From contig OX597815.1 in the NCBI GenBank assembly GCA_951406725.2, positions 12,834,001-12,898,000 on the forward strand: a stretch of 64,000 bases of DNA, read 5' to 3'. This document shows, piece after piece, positions 1 through 13,199 of the stretch. A program made the translations under genes and the position numbers. This DNA is from Octopus vulgaris. Lineage: Eukaryota. The notes beneath the pieces were generated by a model. That model made no database searches. It saw only the letters and a program-made list of their open reading frames with translations, and was not told the DNA's origin. The first letter of the stretch is position 1; each line of letters starts with the position of its first letter.

Positions 1-468
1 GACGAAGATCGGCTTTGATTTGTACTGTACTTTATTGACGAAGATCGGCTTTGATTTGTACTGTACTTTATTGACGAAGATCGGCTTTGATTTGTACTGT
101 ACTTTATTGACGAAGATCGGCTTTGATTTGTACTGTACTTTATTGACGAAGATCGGCTTTGATTTGTACTGTACTTTATTGACGAAGATCGGCTTTGATT
201 TGTACTGTACTTTATTGACGAAGATCGGCTTTGATTTGTACTGTAATTTATTGACGAAGATCGGCTTTGATTTGTACTGTACTTTATTGACGAAGATCGG
301 CTTTGATTTGTACTGTACTTTATTGACGGAGATCGGCTTTGATTTGTACTGTACTTTATTGACGAAGATCGGTTTTGATTTGTACTGTACTTTATTGACG
401 AAGATCGGCTTTGATTTGTACTGTTCTTTATCGACGAAATTCGGCTTTGATTTGCACTGTATTTTATA
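1..468. repeat. 36-bp minisatellite, 13 near-identical tandem units (runs off the window start)
   Basis: Unit GACGAAGATCGGCTTTGATTTGTACTGTACTTTATT repeated head-to-tail with no spacers; the last units are the most diverged. Explains the periodic ORF 20..469 (YCTLLTKIGFDL)n. Confidence 0.97.
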
Positions 469-572
469 AAAACCCACGGTCGGACGGGATTTGAACTCAA
501 AACGTAAAGAGCCAGAAGAAATATTCCAAGGTTTTTTAAACGACGCTTTAATAATTCCGCCAAGCCACCGCT
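455..572 (-). mobile_element. degenerate copy of the Nin-domain-like SINE (group N)
   Basis: GGATTTGAACTCAAAACGTAAAG...CCGCCAAGCCACCGC aligns by eye to GGAATTTGAACTCAGAACGTAAC...CCAGCTCGCCGCC of the intact copies at 17194 and 54105. Confidence 0.6.
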
Positions 573-3500
573 ATTAAACAAATAGCTGTTTCATAGATCG
601 AAGCTAGGTGAATACACCAGATGATTAGATTGACTATAGCACGTGCTTTAATCATAAAAAATGAAAACGAATTTGCATTAAGTGTGATTTGAACTCATCC
701 ACAACATACATTGTCTAATCATTAATAACAAAATGTCTTTTCGCCGACGTTCTTCATATTCTAACAGTATTTTATTTCCTAATAATGATATATACATAGT
801 TATTACATAATAGCTTTTCTTGAAGAATTGAAAGTTGTCACATCTAAGCGAGATTCTTAGTAACCTGACAAATGAAATATACCAACTCTGTTTTTAACAT
901 TCAGTTTTCTCCTCCAGAAATGTATCATGGCATATGCACACTCACACTCATTTAACTACATATAATAATATATATATATATATACATTCTCATACATGTG
1001 CACACATTCTAACACACATACACATACTTTCACCTGTTGAACTAAGTGCAATTTTATTGGCGAGAATTTTTCTATCTGTTCATCTGTATGCTTGCTTTGA
1101 TTGGTGTCAAATAAACACCCTTTCGGATATTCAATCATCTCACTTTAAATACAACGCAGTTTTCGACCCGTGCCAATTTAAGCATTACATATTCACGGTC
1201 CGACCGAGCATAGTGTGTACATTATTACCAAGAGAAGTCTTGATGAAACGCTTACAGCTGCTATTATCTTTGTTTACACGTTTCCGCTAGATATCTTATT
1301 ACACTCTGTTGATGTTACTTTCATTATTCGTGCACATATTGTTTTACTCTAGAAAAATACAATCACTTAAATGTATGTACAATACTCAGGCATCCATTAA
1401 CTTTGCAATAACAGAAGGTACAAAACGCATGAATGTTCTAAATCATGAATAACATTTAATTACACACATTTGATAGGAGAGTTGACTGAACAATCACCGT
1501 AGTTACAAATATATACATTTCTTTAACCTTATTGAACACAGCAGGAACCATTGCTACATATGTAGTTCAATAAATGGCTAGCTGATGTTTCATGCAGAAT
1601 ACTCAGATTACCGCTATATCTCAAAATATTTTTCTACCAAGTATGTATAACAGTGAAGAACTCCACTTACAATACATGTCAGTAGAGGAGCATTTATAAG
1701 GAAGCCTGAAATACAATATATACGAACCACACAACAAATCATGCAACGGAGAACAAGAAGAACACACTAAAGCATGGAGCCTCCCATAGGCTAGTTATTC
1801 GAATAAAATAACAGCACTTCGGAAAGTAACACATAAAACAAAATTGTGGGAACTCAGGTCATTTGTGGCTCAGATACGATTTATTTGCAGCTACAAAAGG
1901 AATAACAACAAAGGAATTGTGAACAAACAAAACATATATTTCTATAATAGCTAATAACACTTTGTTACAATGCTCAATAAATAGAAAGGCTCCACATAGT
2001 TTATCTGTGTGCTAGAAATAACACCTAGATTTCCTTCAATTTGTGCACATCCAACTTGAAAAGTGAAACACTAATTCGGGTAGTGGAGCTATAAATTTTA
2101 TGTTTGCATAAAGAAGAAAACCATGGTTTAAATAACTTTAATCATAAGACGCCTCATTAGACGTGACCAAGGGTTGAACAATAAAGATAACAATCAATTC
2201 AAATCGACATCTAGGTAACCCCAAGCAATAAAGTGACAATTTTAAAGATTGTTATGTTTTAATTTGATGAACTTTCGTCATAGCATGCAAGAGTGTGTAT
2301 AGATCGATTATAGGTTTGGCTAGATGGCCATTGCCTTGCAATTATAGAGGACAGCCCGTGATATACACTCCAGATGAATACTGAAAACAAACACACAAAA
2401 AAGATTTGTTGTGCCGGTAGCTAATTTCATCCAAGAATATATACTGATATACGTAAGTTTAGAGCATCAGTAATAACTCTGCTTTGAGCTGGGTATAATT
2501 TGTGCTCATCCCTATATATTTCTAATAGATTCTAAGCTCATACAGGAATAAACGAAGGCCAGAGCCCAGTCTCTGACAAACTACCAACATTTTAAAGATT
2601 TGTTACTCGATCGAGGAGGAACATTAAACTCTCCATAAACATATCTACCCTGAAATATATTCTAAAGTACTTTACAACAACTTACGCAGCATAGCATACT
2701 TAATATATCTCAGATTTTGCATAATAGAAGAAACTTAGGAACAGACTTACTCAAATAACCGCAATGTACAACATTCTCAGAATATGCGTATTTTCACTCC
2801 CAGAAATCGAACGTGCAACACATTAAAAACCTGCCATTTTCTGTAGGTTTTGATGCGCAATCTGTCAAATATCCGCAATAATTCACCCCGCTTATGTATT
2901 GATCACTACATAGAATATGATATATGGTTATATCGCTTCCTCCACAAAAATACCTCTCCATTGTACATAGCATTGCATTTGCAATAACTACAAAGCAAAA
3001 TATTGCCAAAAGAACATATTAAGATATATAATATTACAAGCGGAACTACAAAAACACGGTTAATATGCACGTACATAAATACGTGATACATATATTCACA
3101 TACATAGGAGAGCTGATATAACAGAACAAAAACACGCAGTAGATATAAAGCATACACATGATTCAGCACAATCCGTGAAACCATTGCTGGGACGCAATAC
3201 GCAGAATGCAACTATTATTATATTTTGGACGGCATACACATCTACGAAAATACAATATTCACGCGGCTTTTAATATATTTCGAATAGAAATCACACATGC
3301 TGCAATACAAACACATACATACGCACACGAGCGCAAACATGAGCTACAATATCAGACATATATTTAGCGATACACTTCACGTCATTCACGTTGTGAAATA
3401 CAAGACACTCAACGGGCATATCGAACATATCGACATTTGCAACAAGAACCCATACAATAAGTAAAGCAACCACTAAATATAATGCGATGCATTATAGAAT

Positions 3501-5799
3501 CATCGTCGCGCACAAACCATGATTATTATAACCGGACATAAATGTCTGTTCCATAAAGCATAGTTTAAGAATTTTAATAATCATCTCTTCAACCATTCGC
3601 TCCTGGAGAACTCTAAATAGACGAGAAAGTCTTAGTTGAATGTATTTGATTGAAGTTTGCTTGAATCTACGTAGACAATAAAATGCTTGCACCGCTAGAG
3701 AATGAGTGATGCTTAATTTACTTGAACAATATACTAGAAATAGGAGCCGGGAAGTCATCAGATTATACGTTCCCACTTTACAAAAGGAAGCTCAATCTAA
3801 CCAAAAGGTCAATATGCTGATTGACGGTGTGAATACGTGCACATGTTTGTGCATAAGAGAAAGGAAGAAATGAAATGGGTGGAGAAGTGGAAAAAATTAA
3901 TGCATTATATTTAACCGATTAAACTTATAAAACAATTCATTTTCCTTCTATGTGAATTATGCATAGACATTAGAATTCAAAGTGTGTGCATCCAAATTGC
4001 CAAAAAGGATATGTATATATTAAAATAATTTTCGATATTAATGCAAATCCTTAAATGTTAATAATTACGATACCAAATGCATATAAAATCAAATATTGTT
4101 GCGATGGATATTATTTCGAATAGAAATAGCATGGCTATAAAGTATTTAAGCAACGGCATTCGAATACGAAACACTGAAATGAAGAGTGTATTAAATATAA
4201 CACAATATACACACGCTCACACAACTGCTAAAACAATTCAGCCAAGACTGAAGGTATATAACAAAGGGAAGTGAACAATCATCGTTCAATAAACATATAT
4301 TACAGATATTGTGTTAGTTGTACACGCATCAGAAAAATACATATTACTGACAATAATACTAAACGGCAAAACGCATCTAATGATTTACTGGTCAACAATC
4401 TTAATATGAATGATATTAGTCATTTTGAATAACAATTTGGGATACAAGGGGGCAACACATATCTTTGGAGATAAAAACTGGGGTTGAGAAATAAACAGAA
4501 ATATTGTGCATTAAAAAATAAAAATAAATAATACACTATGAAACATGAACCGAAAGATGCTATGCTCTTTAATTTTTATTATTCGCCAATAAAACAAATG
4601 CATATCAGTGTCTATTCGAAGACGCAAATTCCACGTTTGGATCCCACTTTTGAATCACTGCTATTTTCCAACCTTCCGGCCCTGAGAGAGTATGATACAA
4701 TTCGATGGAGCTGAATAATTATGAGAGCTCCGAGAATCTTATGACATGTGGTGCAAGTCTCCCTTTCTAACCAATCAAATGATGTGGTGTAAAAATAAAA
4801 CAACCAAACCACTATGAAGCAACGGACGACTAAGTTTGTAATCTTGACATGCACAAGATACTTTCTCAGGAAGTTATTAACCAGGTGTCGCTGGTCTCCC
4901 TGCTGGCATTAGAAAGGATGTAATAATATCCTTAACGCAATTACGTATCAATTAATAAAATAATTGTGATCTCGCAAAGGTCTTGCTTCATTTATTCTGC
5001 CGAATTTAGTGTGTAAATTAGCGAACAAACCAAATTTATACATCATTAAACCGCTATTAACCTAAAATCACTCAACGAAAAATTAACATGGTTAGAATGT
5101 TTAATGCGTTCTAAATATTTTTCTCTGGGTTCGATCGAGCAGCAGATCACAGAAAAATTGAAAGACATCTTTTGAATTGACTAGAAATTTATGTTCATGA
5201 AACGGCTGAAGGGGAATGAGGGCTTGCGTCTTTTGTAGTTTATCGTTATATATATAGATAGATAATTGAGTAGTTGAATGAATTATCTTAGTATGGATAA
5301 TTCGGTTAACCGATACCTGGGTAGCAAATTCATGTCAGAAAAACACGGTTGAAGCTACATGCCTAGGGCAGAGATCATGTGCTATCGTATGGAAATTTGT
5401 GTGTTTTTTTAAAAATACAAATAAATGAAAGAATGGTGTAGAAAATAAAGGAATTTTGTTAATTCGTCGTTCAACTCCATTCTTTCATTTATTTATATAT
5501 ATATATTAAAGTATGAATGAATGAGTTTGCCTGTTAAAAGTGTTTAATAAAATGTGCGTGTAAAATAAATGGTAGGTAGGCGTGATATTATAAGCGTACA
5601 TATCTACCACATAAGTAAGCTTTTTTAAATAATATATACAAATCGGCAACAGAACTCGAAAAATAAGCAAAATCCAATGCAACATGTACAATCTCACAAT
5701 ATTTTTCAATCAATAAATATAACAGAAGTTCAATAAATATACAACCCACGCATGCAAACAGCTATGCTTAGACGATGGTAAATGTTTAGCTGCATCTTA

Positions 5800-6210
5800 G
5801 GCGCAGGAGCGGCTGTGTAGTAAGTAGCTTGCCTACCAACCACATGGTTCCGCGTTCAGTCCCACTGCGTGGCATCTTTGGCAAGTGTCTTCTGCTATAG
5901 TCCCGGGCCGACCAATGCCTTGTGAGTGGATTTGGTAGACGGAAACTGAAAGAAGCCTGTCGTATATATATATATGTATATATGTATGTGTGTGTATATG
6001 TTTGTGTATCTGTGTTTGTCCCTCTAGCATTGCTTGACAACCGATGCTGGTGTGTTTACGTCCCTGTCACATGGCGGTTCGGCAAAAGAGACCGATAGAA
6101 TAAGTACTGGGCTTGCAAAGATTAAGTCCCGGGGTCGATTTGCTCGACTAAAGGTGGTGCTACAGCACGGCAGCAGTCAAATGACTTAAACAAGTAAAAG
6201 AGTAAAACAG
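5800..6210 (+). mobile_element. tRNA-derived SINE, group A (CORE-like segment, internal TA/TG microsatellite, GTAAAAGA tail)
   Basis: Head GGCGCAGGAG(C/T)GGCTGTG...GTTCAGTCCC, CORE-like GGCA(T/C)CTTGGCAAGTG, tail CAAGTAAAAGAGTAAAA; ATCTTA on both flanks (possible TSD); several close copies in the window. Confidence 0.92.
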
Positions 6211-7473
6211 TATCTTATAATATGCAAAATGCTAAACTCAAAATATATTTAGAAATTTAATGTCACTCGAATGCTCAGGTTCATGGGACTGATCCAACAA
6301 GACTATGTTCACAGTTAGGCAGGCACAGGTATATGCAAACCCGTGAGAAAGTATAGATGGCTGTTTGCATGCGTGTGTTGTATTTTTATTGAACTCGAGC
6401 CTAATATTGTACAGTTATAAAACATAGTAATATAGATTAACTTCTTTCTACATAAAAGTGATTGCATATATGTTCCAAGTTATAGTCAACAGTTTTACAA
6501 TTCACTGAAAGAAAGTTTGTTTTGGAGAAGATATTTCAAAGTAGATGGTCAGCTGTTACCAAAAAAATTTATAATGTTTAATAAAAAAATTGCATACCAA
6601 TTTATTCTCTATCGCTATTCTTGGTCAATTCTTTCTATGTGTTCATGGATGCAAATATAAAAGCTTGATTCTCTCTTTTCTCTCTCTCTCTCTCTCTCGC
6701 TGAATATATATATATATATATGTATTAATGACAGGTTTTCTTGGAATGAATATTCTATCGAAGAAAATATATTTTCTAAATATAAACGTATAAATAAGTT
6801 CCGAGTCACAATAGTCTTTCTTTAAATGCAGCAGATGGAAAAGAAACAAAAACTTGCTTTTAAGAATATTATGAATTTTAATGTCGAACTCTTGCACTTA
6901 TTCCTCTATGTCACTCATTCTGATGGAATGTTGCTTTTCTATGAGTATATCTCTCTTTTTTTTCTTTTTATTACTTCATAGGAGCAATTACTTTTGTAAA
7001 GCATTCTTATTGAATGTTACATTAGTGTATCAACTATTAAAATTAAAGATGACGCTAGGCAATACTAATATTTTTTTCATTTACTTGTAAATTCACATTT
7101 AGGCTTAGTTAACACAACCCGTTAACTTTGAAGAGTTTGTGATGATTTTATTACAAAATTACCGTATCAATTTTCTGTTGGTTAGCGTAATTTAGAAAGT
7201 AGCCATGACGTACGTATGTCGATGACTTTGCACCGAAAACGTAATGATGGACGAAACGCCGCTAAGCATTTTTCCCGGAATGCTAAAGGTTTTGTTAGAT
7301 CGCCACCTTCAATACTATAAATAACACGACTTCTTTTCTAATGCCAGTGGATGTAACTCTTTTTAAAAACTTTTCCGAAAGAATTCATTCTGGTACAATT
7401 CATTTAACAAACTGTATAAAATTTAAGCATTCATTGATTAAAGTTTTTTAAATGAATTGGGAGGGACAGAATG

Positions 7474-7872
7474 GGCGCAGGAGTGACTGTGTGGTAAGTA
7501 GCTTGCTTACCAACCACATGGTTCCGGGTCCGTTCCCACTGCGTGGAACCTTGGGCAAGTGTCTTCTACAATAGCCTCGGGCCGACCAACGCCTAGTGAG
7601 TGGATTTGGTAGACGGAAACTGAAAGAAGCCCGTCGTATATATGTATATACATATGTATGTGTGTGTATATGTTTGTGTGTCTGTGTTTGTCCCCCCAAC
7701 ATCGCTTGACAACCGCTGGTTGTCCCCGTAACGGTTCGGCAGAAAAGACTGATAGAAATAAGAACTAGGCTTCCAGAGAATAAGTCCTGGGGGCGATTTG
7801 CTCGACTATAGGCAGTGCTCCAGCATGGCCGCAGTCAAATGACTGAAACAAGTAAAAAAGTAAAGTAAAAAA
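7474..7872 (+). mobile_element. SINE group A copy
   Basis: Colinear with 5800-6210; AGAATG on both flanks (7468-7473, 7873-7878). Confidence 0.92.
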
Positions 7873-8199
7873 AGAATGAAATCTTTCGAAAAAAAATTAT
7901 AAATTACATCCACTAGTCTTAGAAAAGCGTCGTATTGTTTATAATATTGAAGGCAGAGATCTAACAAAACATTTGGCACGCCGGGCAAAATGCTTAGCGG
8001 CGTTTCAGCCATCATTACGTTTTCGGTTCAATGTCATAGACATACGCACGCCATGGCTGCATTTCAAAATGCTTATCAGCGTTTCGTCTACCATTCGTCC
8101 AAATTTAAGCATTGACTGATTAAATTTGGTATAAAGTAACAAATTTATTCTGACAGTGATACTCCGTCCGCTTTCGGAAGCTGATCGCATAAACATTCA

Positions 8200-9620
8200 A
8201 GCATACTTCATAGGTGACAATCGATGACAGAAAAGGCAACCTGCTAAGAACATTCTAAGTTTTTCAGTGGAAACATTGCTTGATATTCAGGAAGCGTTTG
8301 CTCAACATAATGAATATTTAAAGAGCTTTGAAACTACTCAGGAGAATTATGCATGAGATTGTCACTAAAATTAACAATCCACGCAGAAAATGTGTTGCTA
8401 GAAAATATGAACGTAGTTTTAATGTCATTATTTGTAATGATGTGACCTCTATGATATGGCGTACATATTGAAGAGCGGTTCTATACAAAATATATAATTT
8501 TGCAGAAACTTGACCAATCTCTAACATTTATATGAGTCACTTCAATACTGTATCTGGTAGGTGAATTTGAAATCCACCAAAATCCACTTTATTTTCATCT
8601 ATTTGTAGTGAGATAAAATATGTTATCAGTCAATTACGAACTGTCTCTTCCCCAAATTGCTAGTTTTGTACCTCTGTTCAAATGTATCGTTTCCATCAAC
8701 AGTTCATTAAGTACACAGAGAATAAGTCCATGAAAATGAAGTCATTAAACTTGAACTATAAGAGGATTTTATCAACAGCTGATATCACACGAATGCTGCT
8801 AAATTTCCCAAACTAGTCCCAATCATTCATAGGAAGCGTTGTATAAATGCCAGCGTGAATAAATTGAAGAGGTTATTTAAGTATGTCGGAATATTTGGCC
8901 ACCTTGATCTGTTCATTTATTTCTCATAAAATCCAAAATGTCATGGAATATTAACTGAATTGTTTCTATGCCACAAGGTTAAATATTTGCATATTATTGC
9001 CTTTGGAGATTTCAACGATCTAGTTTAAAGAGCCATTAAAAAATATATCTATTTGAGGATAGTTTTGTTGTTTTCGCTGCATCATAGAATGCCAGAAGAC
9101 CATTATTTTATACGGTTAGTGGAAATGTTCTCTGAAACTACACACTTTTCTCACCTGCTTTCCTTCCTGAATGGCATTGTGAAAAAATCATATATTTCAT
9201 GAATTCTTAAATGTTAATTCGCAAAACATAACTTGGACACAAAGAAGAATCCATAAATTTGGTTGAAATTCCAACCGATCTCTTTGGATATTCATATGCA
9301 CTCACCAATCAAATTTCACAACTGAAATAGACAATCGGAAGAGAGTTACGTATATACAGCTATTTTCAATGATCTTTAAAATCGTATATAAGAACGAAAC
9401 TTTGACGTTCAGCTATTATATCGCATGTAAGTATGTGGACAAAATTTCATTCAGGGAAGCATGCGAGCACTTCTAATCGAAGATAATAACAACAGGGCAC
9501 AGGAGGATTTCGTATTTGCTATTCTGCATAAACATTTTAACAGTTGGTCAAAAATGTCATTACGTCGTATTATCCGTCGTATCCAATTCACCTGTAGGCT
9601 AAAGCACACGAAATCACTTT
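8200..9620 (+). mobile_element. decayed autonomous Helitron (Rep/Pif1-helicase) coding relic
   Basis: Hand translation across stops and frameshifts: LLDIQEAFAQHNEYLKSF, RKYERSFNVIICNDV (cf. EHERRFNAPTCNEV), QSFIGS (cf. PSSFTGSPRY), KYVGIFGHLDLFIYFS*NPKCHGI (cf. YVRKYGRPDLFITFTCNPKWPEI), IIECQK (cf. IEWQKRG), RRIQFTCRL (cf. RRLQFPVRL). Confidence 0.65.
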
Positions 9621-10967
9621 TCAGTCATGTGTGACAACGTCCACATCTCTCCAGTCCTCGGAGAGAGAGTATTCAGTATTTCCCTTTAAATACTGAAGGA
9701 TGTGACAAAGGAAATATGCATGAAATATTTATCTTAACTTTACAGACAGTCACCTGAAAATAAATATCAAATTATAAGGAATAATGGCCGGTTCATAGAA
9801 ACAATTGTTAAAATCGAGGATCATTTAACTAAAGTGGGTGATAAATGATGCGAGATGATTTTATGCCGATAAACTCTTGCAAGCAAACAAAGAAACAGGG
9901 ACTTCTTTCAGATTTACTCCCCAAAGACGGGCGCCACCAGACATTTTCCTCATTAGTATAGTGGCGACAGAATTCATGAATGGAATTTTTAATCATTACA
10001 CTTTTAAATTTCTTTCAAACCTGAAATGCTTAGATTCATCTTTATTCATTATTGGTTGACTTTGAAACTTGATAGCTCTTTCCTTTGGCATGATTTCGAA
10101 AACGAACATCGTATTTTCAGGACGAAAAGGTATAAACATAAAAGAAAACAAAAAAATTCTATATATTACACTTAAACAATGCACCGCAAGATGACGTTAA
10201 TGACTGACTCAAAGCTTCATCTACGAATTTTAAACATTTCAGTTTCCTGGAAGCACTTTTGTTATTACGAGCATCAAATGGGAGACTGATAAATCTGAAA
10301 GTGGATGAAATCAACCAGTATTAATATTGGCGCAACATGATCGATTCTATCTCGCTTTTTTCATAGATGGAGATCTAGGTAACATTTTGTTGTAGCTAAC
10401 TAAAGCGAAAATAAATCTAATATTTATACCTACAAGCATTGCAGCATACCTTCGGAACACGTTACCCATTGAGAAAATAATTCACCAATTATCATTTCCT
10501 CAGAGAAAAGAAACAGCAAATATATAAGTGAAATTTTACTTCTGTTTTCATGTTCCTTTGATTAATTATTTATTTACTAATAGTTAGTTTCGTTTTCTCT
10601 TAGTACAGGTGGATGATACTCAAATTGTTGATTGGCTGTAATAATTCGCATTCTCCCAACTAAGAGAGTGTGTTGGTATCGTTTTATCCAATTTATGCAA
10701 AATCTAGTTAATTAAGGTAACCACATTTTTATGTTTAGTAGCCGAGTACCGCAGTAAGTAAACAAAATAATACAATTCTTAATAGGGGACTTGACCACAA
10801 ATATCATAGTCCAACCAGTAGCTGAGACTGAAGGATGTAAATTATATGCATTTAACCAAATTGAGTAAATACGCTTATATACACTATCTAAATCACACAG
10901 AAAGTATAATTATCATTATATCAACTTTTGATAAGATTGGTGTTTAACAAACGCCGAATCCGTCTGA

Positions 10968-11039
<72 letters not shown>

Positions 11040-11066
11040 CTGTATGTATGTATATATGTATATAAG

Positions 11067-11323
11067 AGGGAAGTACGAAGAAAAATAAATGAAAATGCAC
11101 ATTGGAAATAAAAAATAAGGGCTTTTTTATGAAAGGTAACGAGAGACATATACAATTAGATGAACTGAGGTAGGAATAAAAGCAATAAAAGTCATGACTT
11201 TTATTACTTTATTCCTAACTGAATTTTTCTAATTATATATATCTATCATTACCTTTCATAAAAAAGCCTTTATTTTTTATTTCCAATGTGCATTTTCATT
11301 TATTTTTCTTCTTACTTTCCCCT
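11067..11323. repeat. ~257-bp loop-less imperfect palindrome
   Basis: Arms GAAGAAAAATAAATGAAAATGCACATTGGAAATAAAAAATAA... and ...TTATTTTTTATTTCCAATGTGCATTTTCATTTATTTTTCTTC are reverse complements centred on AAAAGTCA|TGACTTTT (11194/11195). Confidence 0.93.
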
Positions 11324-11405
11324 AACATTTCCACGAATAGTTTCTACATTCTTTTTATAACACACACACACACGCACAGACACACACACAAACACACACA
11401 CACAC

Positions 11406-11447
<42 letters not shown>

Positions 11448-11449
<2 letters not shown>

Positions 11450-11862
11450 TCTTTTACTCTTTTACTTGTTTCAGTCATTTGACTGCGGCCATGCTGGAGG
11501 ACCGCCTTTAGTCGCGCAAATCGACCCCGGGACTTATTCTTTGTAAGCCCAGTACTTATTCTATCGGTCTGTTTTGCCGAACCGCTAAGTGACAGGGACG
11601 TAAACACTCCAGCATCGGTTGTCAATCAATGCTAGGGGGACAAACACAGACACACAAACACACACACACAATACATAAATATATATATATACATATATAC
11701 GACAGGCTTCTTTCAGTTTCCGTCTACCAAATCCACTCACAAGGCATTGGTCGGTCTGGGGCTATAGCAGAAGGCACTTGCCCAAGATGCCACGCAGTGG
11801 GACTGAACCCGGAACCATGTGGTTGGTTAGCAAGCTACTTACCACACAGCCACTCCTGCGCC
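11448..11862 (-). mobile_element. SINE group A copy
   Basis: Reverse complement of the 5800 element, embedded in (TA)n. Confidence 0.92.
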
Positions 11863-12519
11863 TATATATATATATATCACCAAATTTGTTCCAAAGGAGA
11901 TCAGTTCGTTTTTTCCATAGAAACAGAAGATCACAGTAAAATATAGATCATTCATATTATCATGATGGCTAAGTGCGTTCAGAGAGATAGATTGCATCTT
12001 AGCAGGCTGGGTGGCCACATTCAAGCTTCTTTCCTGATTCTCCATGAGCCCCTTTAAAATTGTACACGCTAACATTGCAGCGTATAACAAAGCGTATGAC
12101 CAGAATATATATATACACATTTACGTGTATGTATGAAACGCCTTAAAGTCTCCTCGAAACGAATTCTTTATCCATGTATGAGTCTGTTTCCATCTTTCTT
12201 TGTTGCTCCCTCTCTTCCTCTTTCAATTATCTCGCCATATCTGTCATTTCCTGCTCTCCCTTTTGTACAGACATACCTGTGAGTACGTGTGTATAAATAT
12301 GAGTATATGTCTATATAAATATATAAGTGAGTGCTTGTGTATGTCAGTGTGTGTATGTGTGTCTATGCGTGTATGTGCGCGAACGTGCGTGTGCTTGTGT
12401 TTGTGTTTGAACGAGTGTGTTCATAAGTGAAGTAAGAATATATTCTTATACATATAATCTAATACTTGGAAACGTACAAGCACATAACCACACATATATA
12501 TACACACATATATATATAT

Positions 12520-12600
<81 letters not shown>

Positions 12601-13199
12601 ACAATTTCTTTATTTCTTATATACTTTGATACGTTGTGGGAATTGTTAGCTAAAAGATAAAAGAGACATTCTACTGCTTCATGGCGTCAGTCTGCAGAGC
12701 ACACCTGCTCCTAAAATGCGACAGGCATGCAAACTATGAATCGCAGAATTATTATGGTGTATATAATTCCTACATTGTGATGGACTTCGACACGCCAAAA
12801 TGCAATATTACAATCAAAAGACTGGAACATTCATTTCCTGAATCCTTCGCTTGAAATTTTGCCAGGTGCAACGATATCATTATTATTTGTCTTTTTTTTA
12901 TTTCTTCTTTTCAGCTGCTTTATTTTTATTAACTGCCTTCGCTCTGATAATGAATGCGGTTCTTTACGCCTTCGATGCGAGCAAGTGTTTTGCTTTGTTG
13001 TTTGCATTTTCAATACTCTGGAAAGTACTTTATATAGTATGTATGTAACGATTATTAATGCTATTTTATTTTCCTTTATACACATGTTTATGCTGTTCTT
13101 TGTGTTATATATTTCTGTGATATTTTTATGAAATTTTTTTTATCCTCACCAACTTACATTTTTAGGGTCTGATTTCTTTTTCTGTTTCTACAGATTTGT

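Noticed and set aside
1-468. CRISPR array or repeat protein (36-bp repeats, 149-aa ORF)
   Set aside because: Units are contiguous with no unique spacers, there are no cas genes and the context is eukaryotic; the ORF starts at TTG and simply reflects a unit length divisible by 3.
5786-6040. Recurrent ORFs such as DRLLSVSVYQIHSQG and FRLPNPLTR
   Set aside because: Antisense translation of SINE group A; recurrence reflects copy number, not coding.
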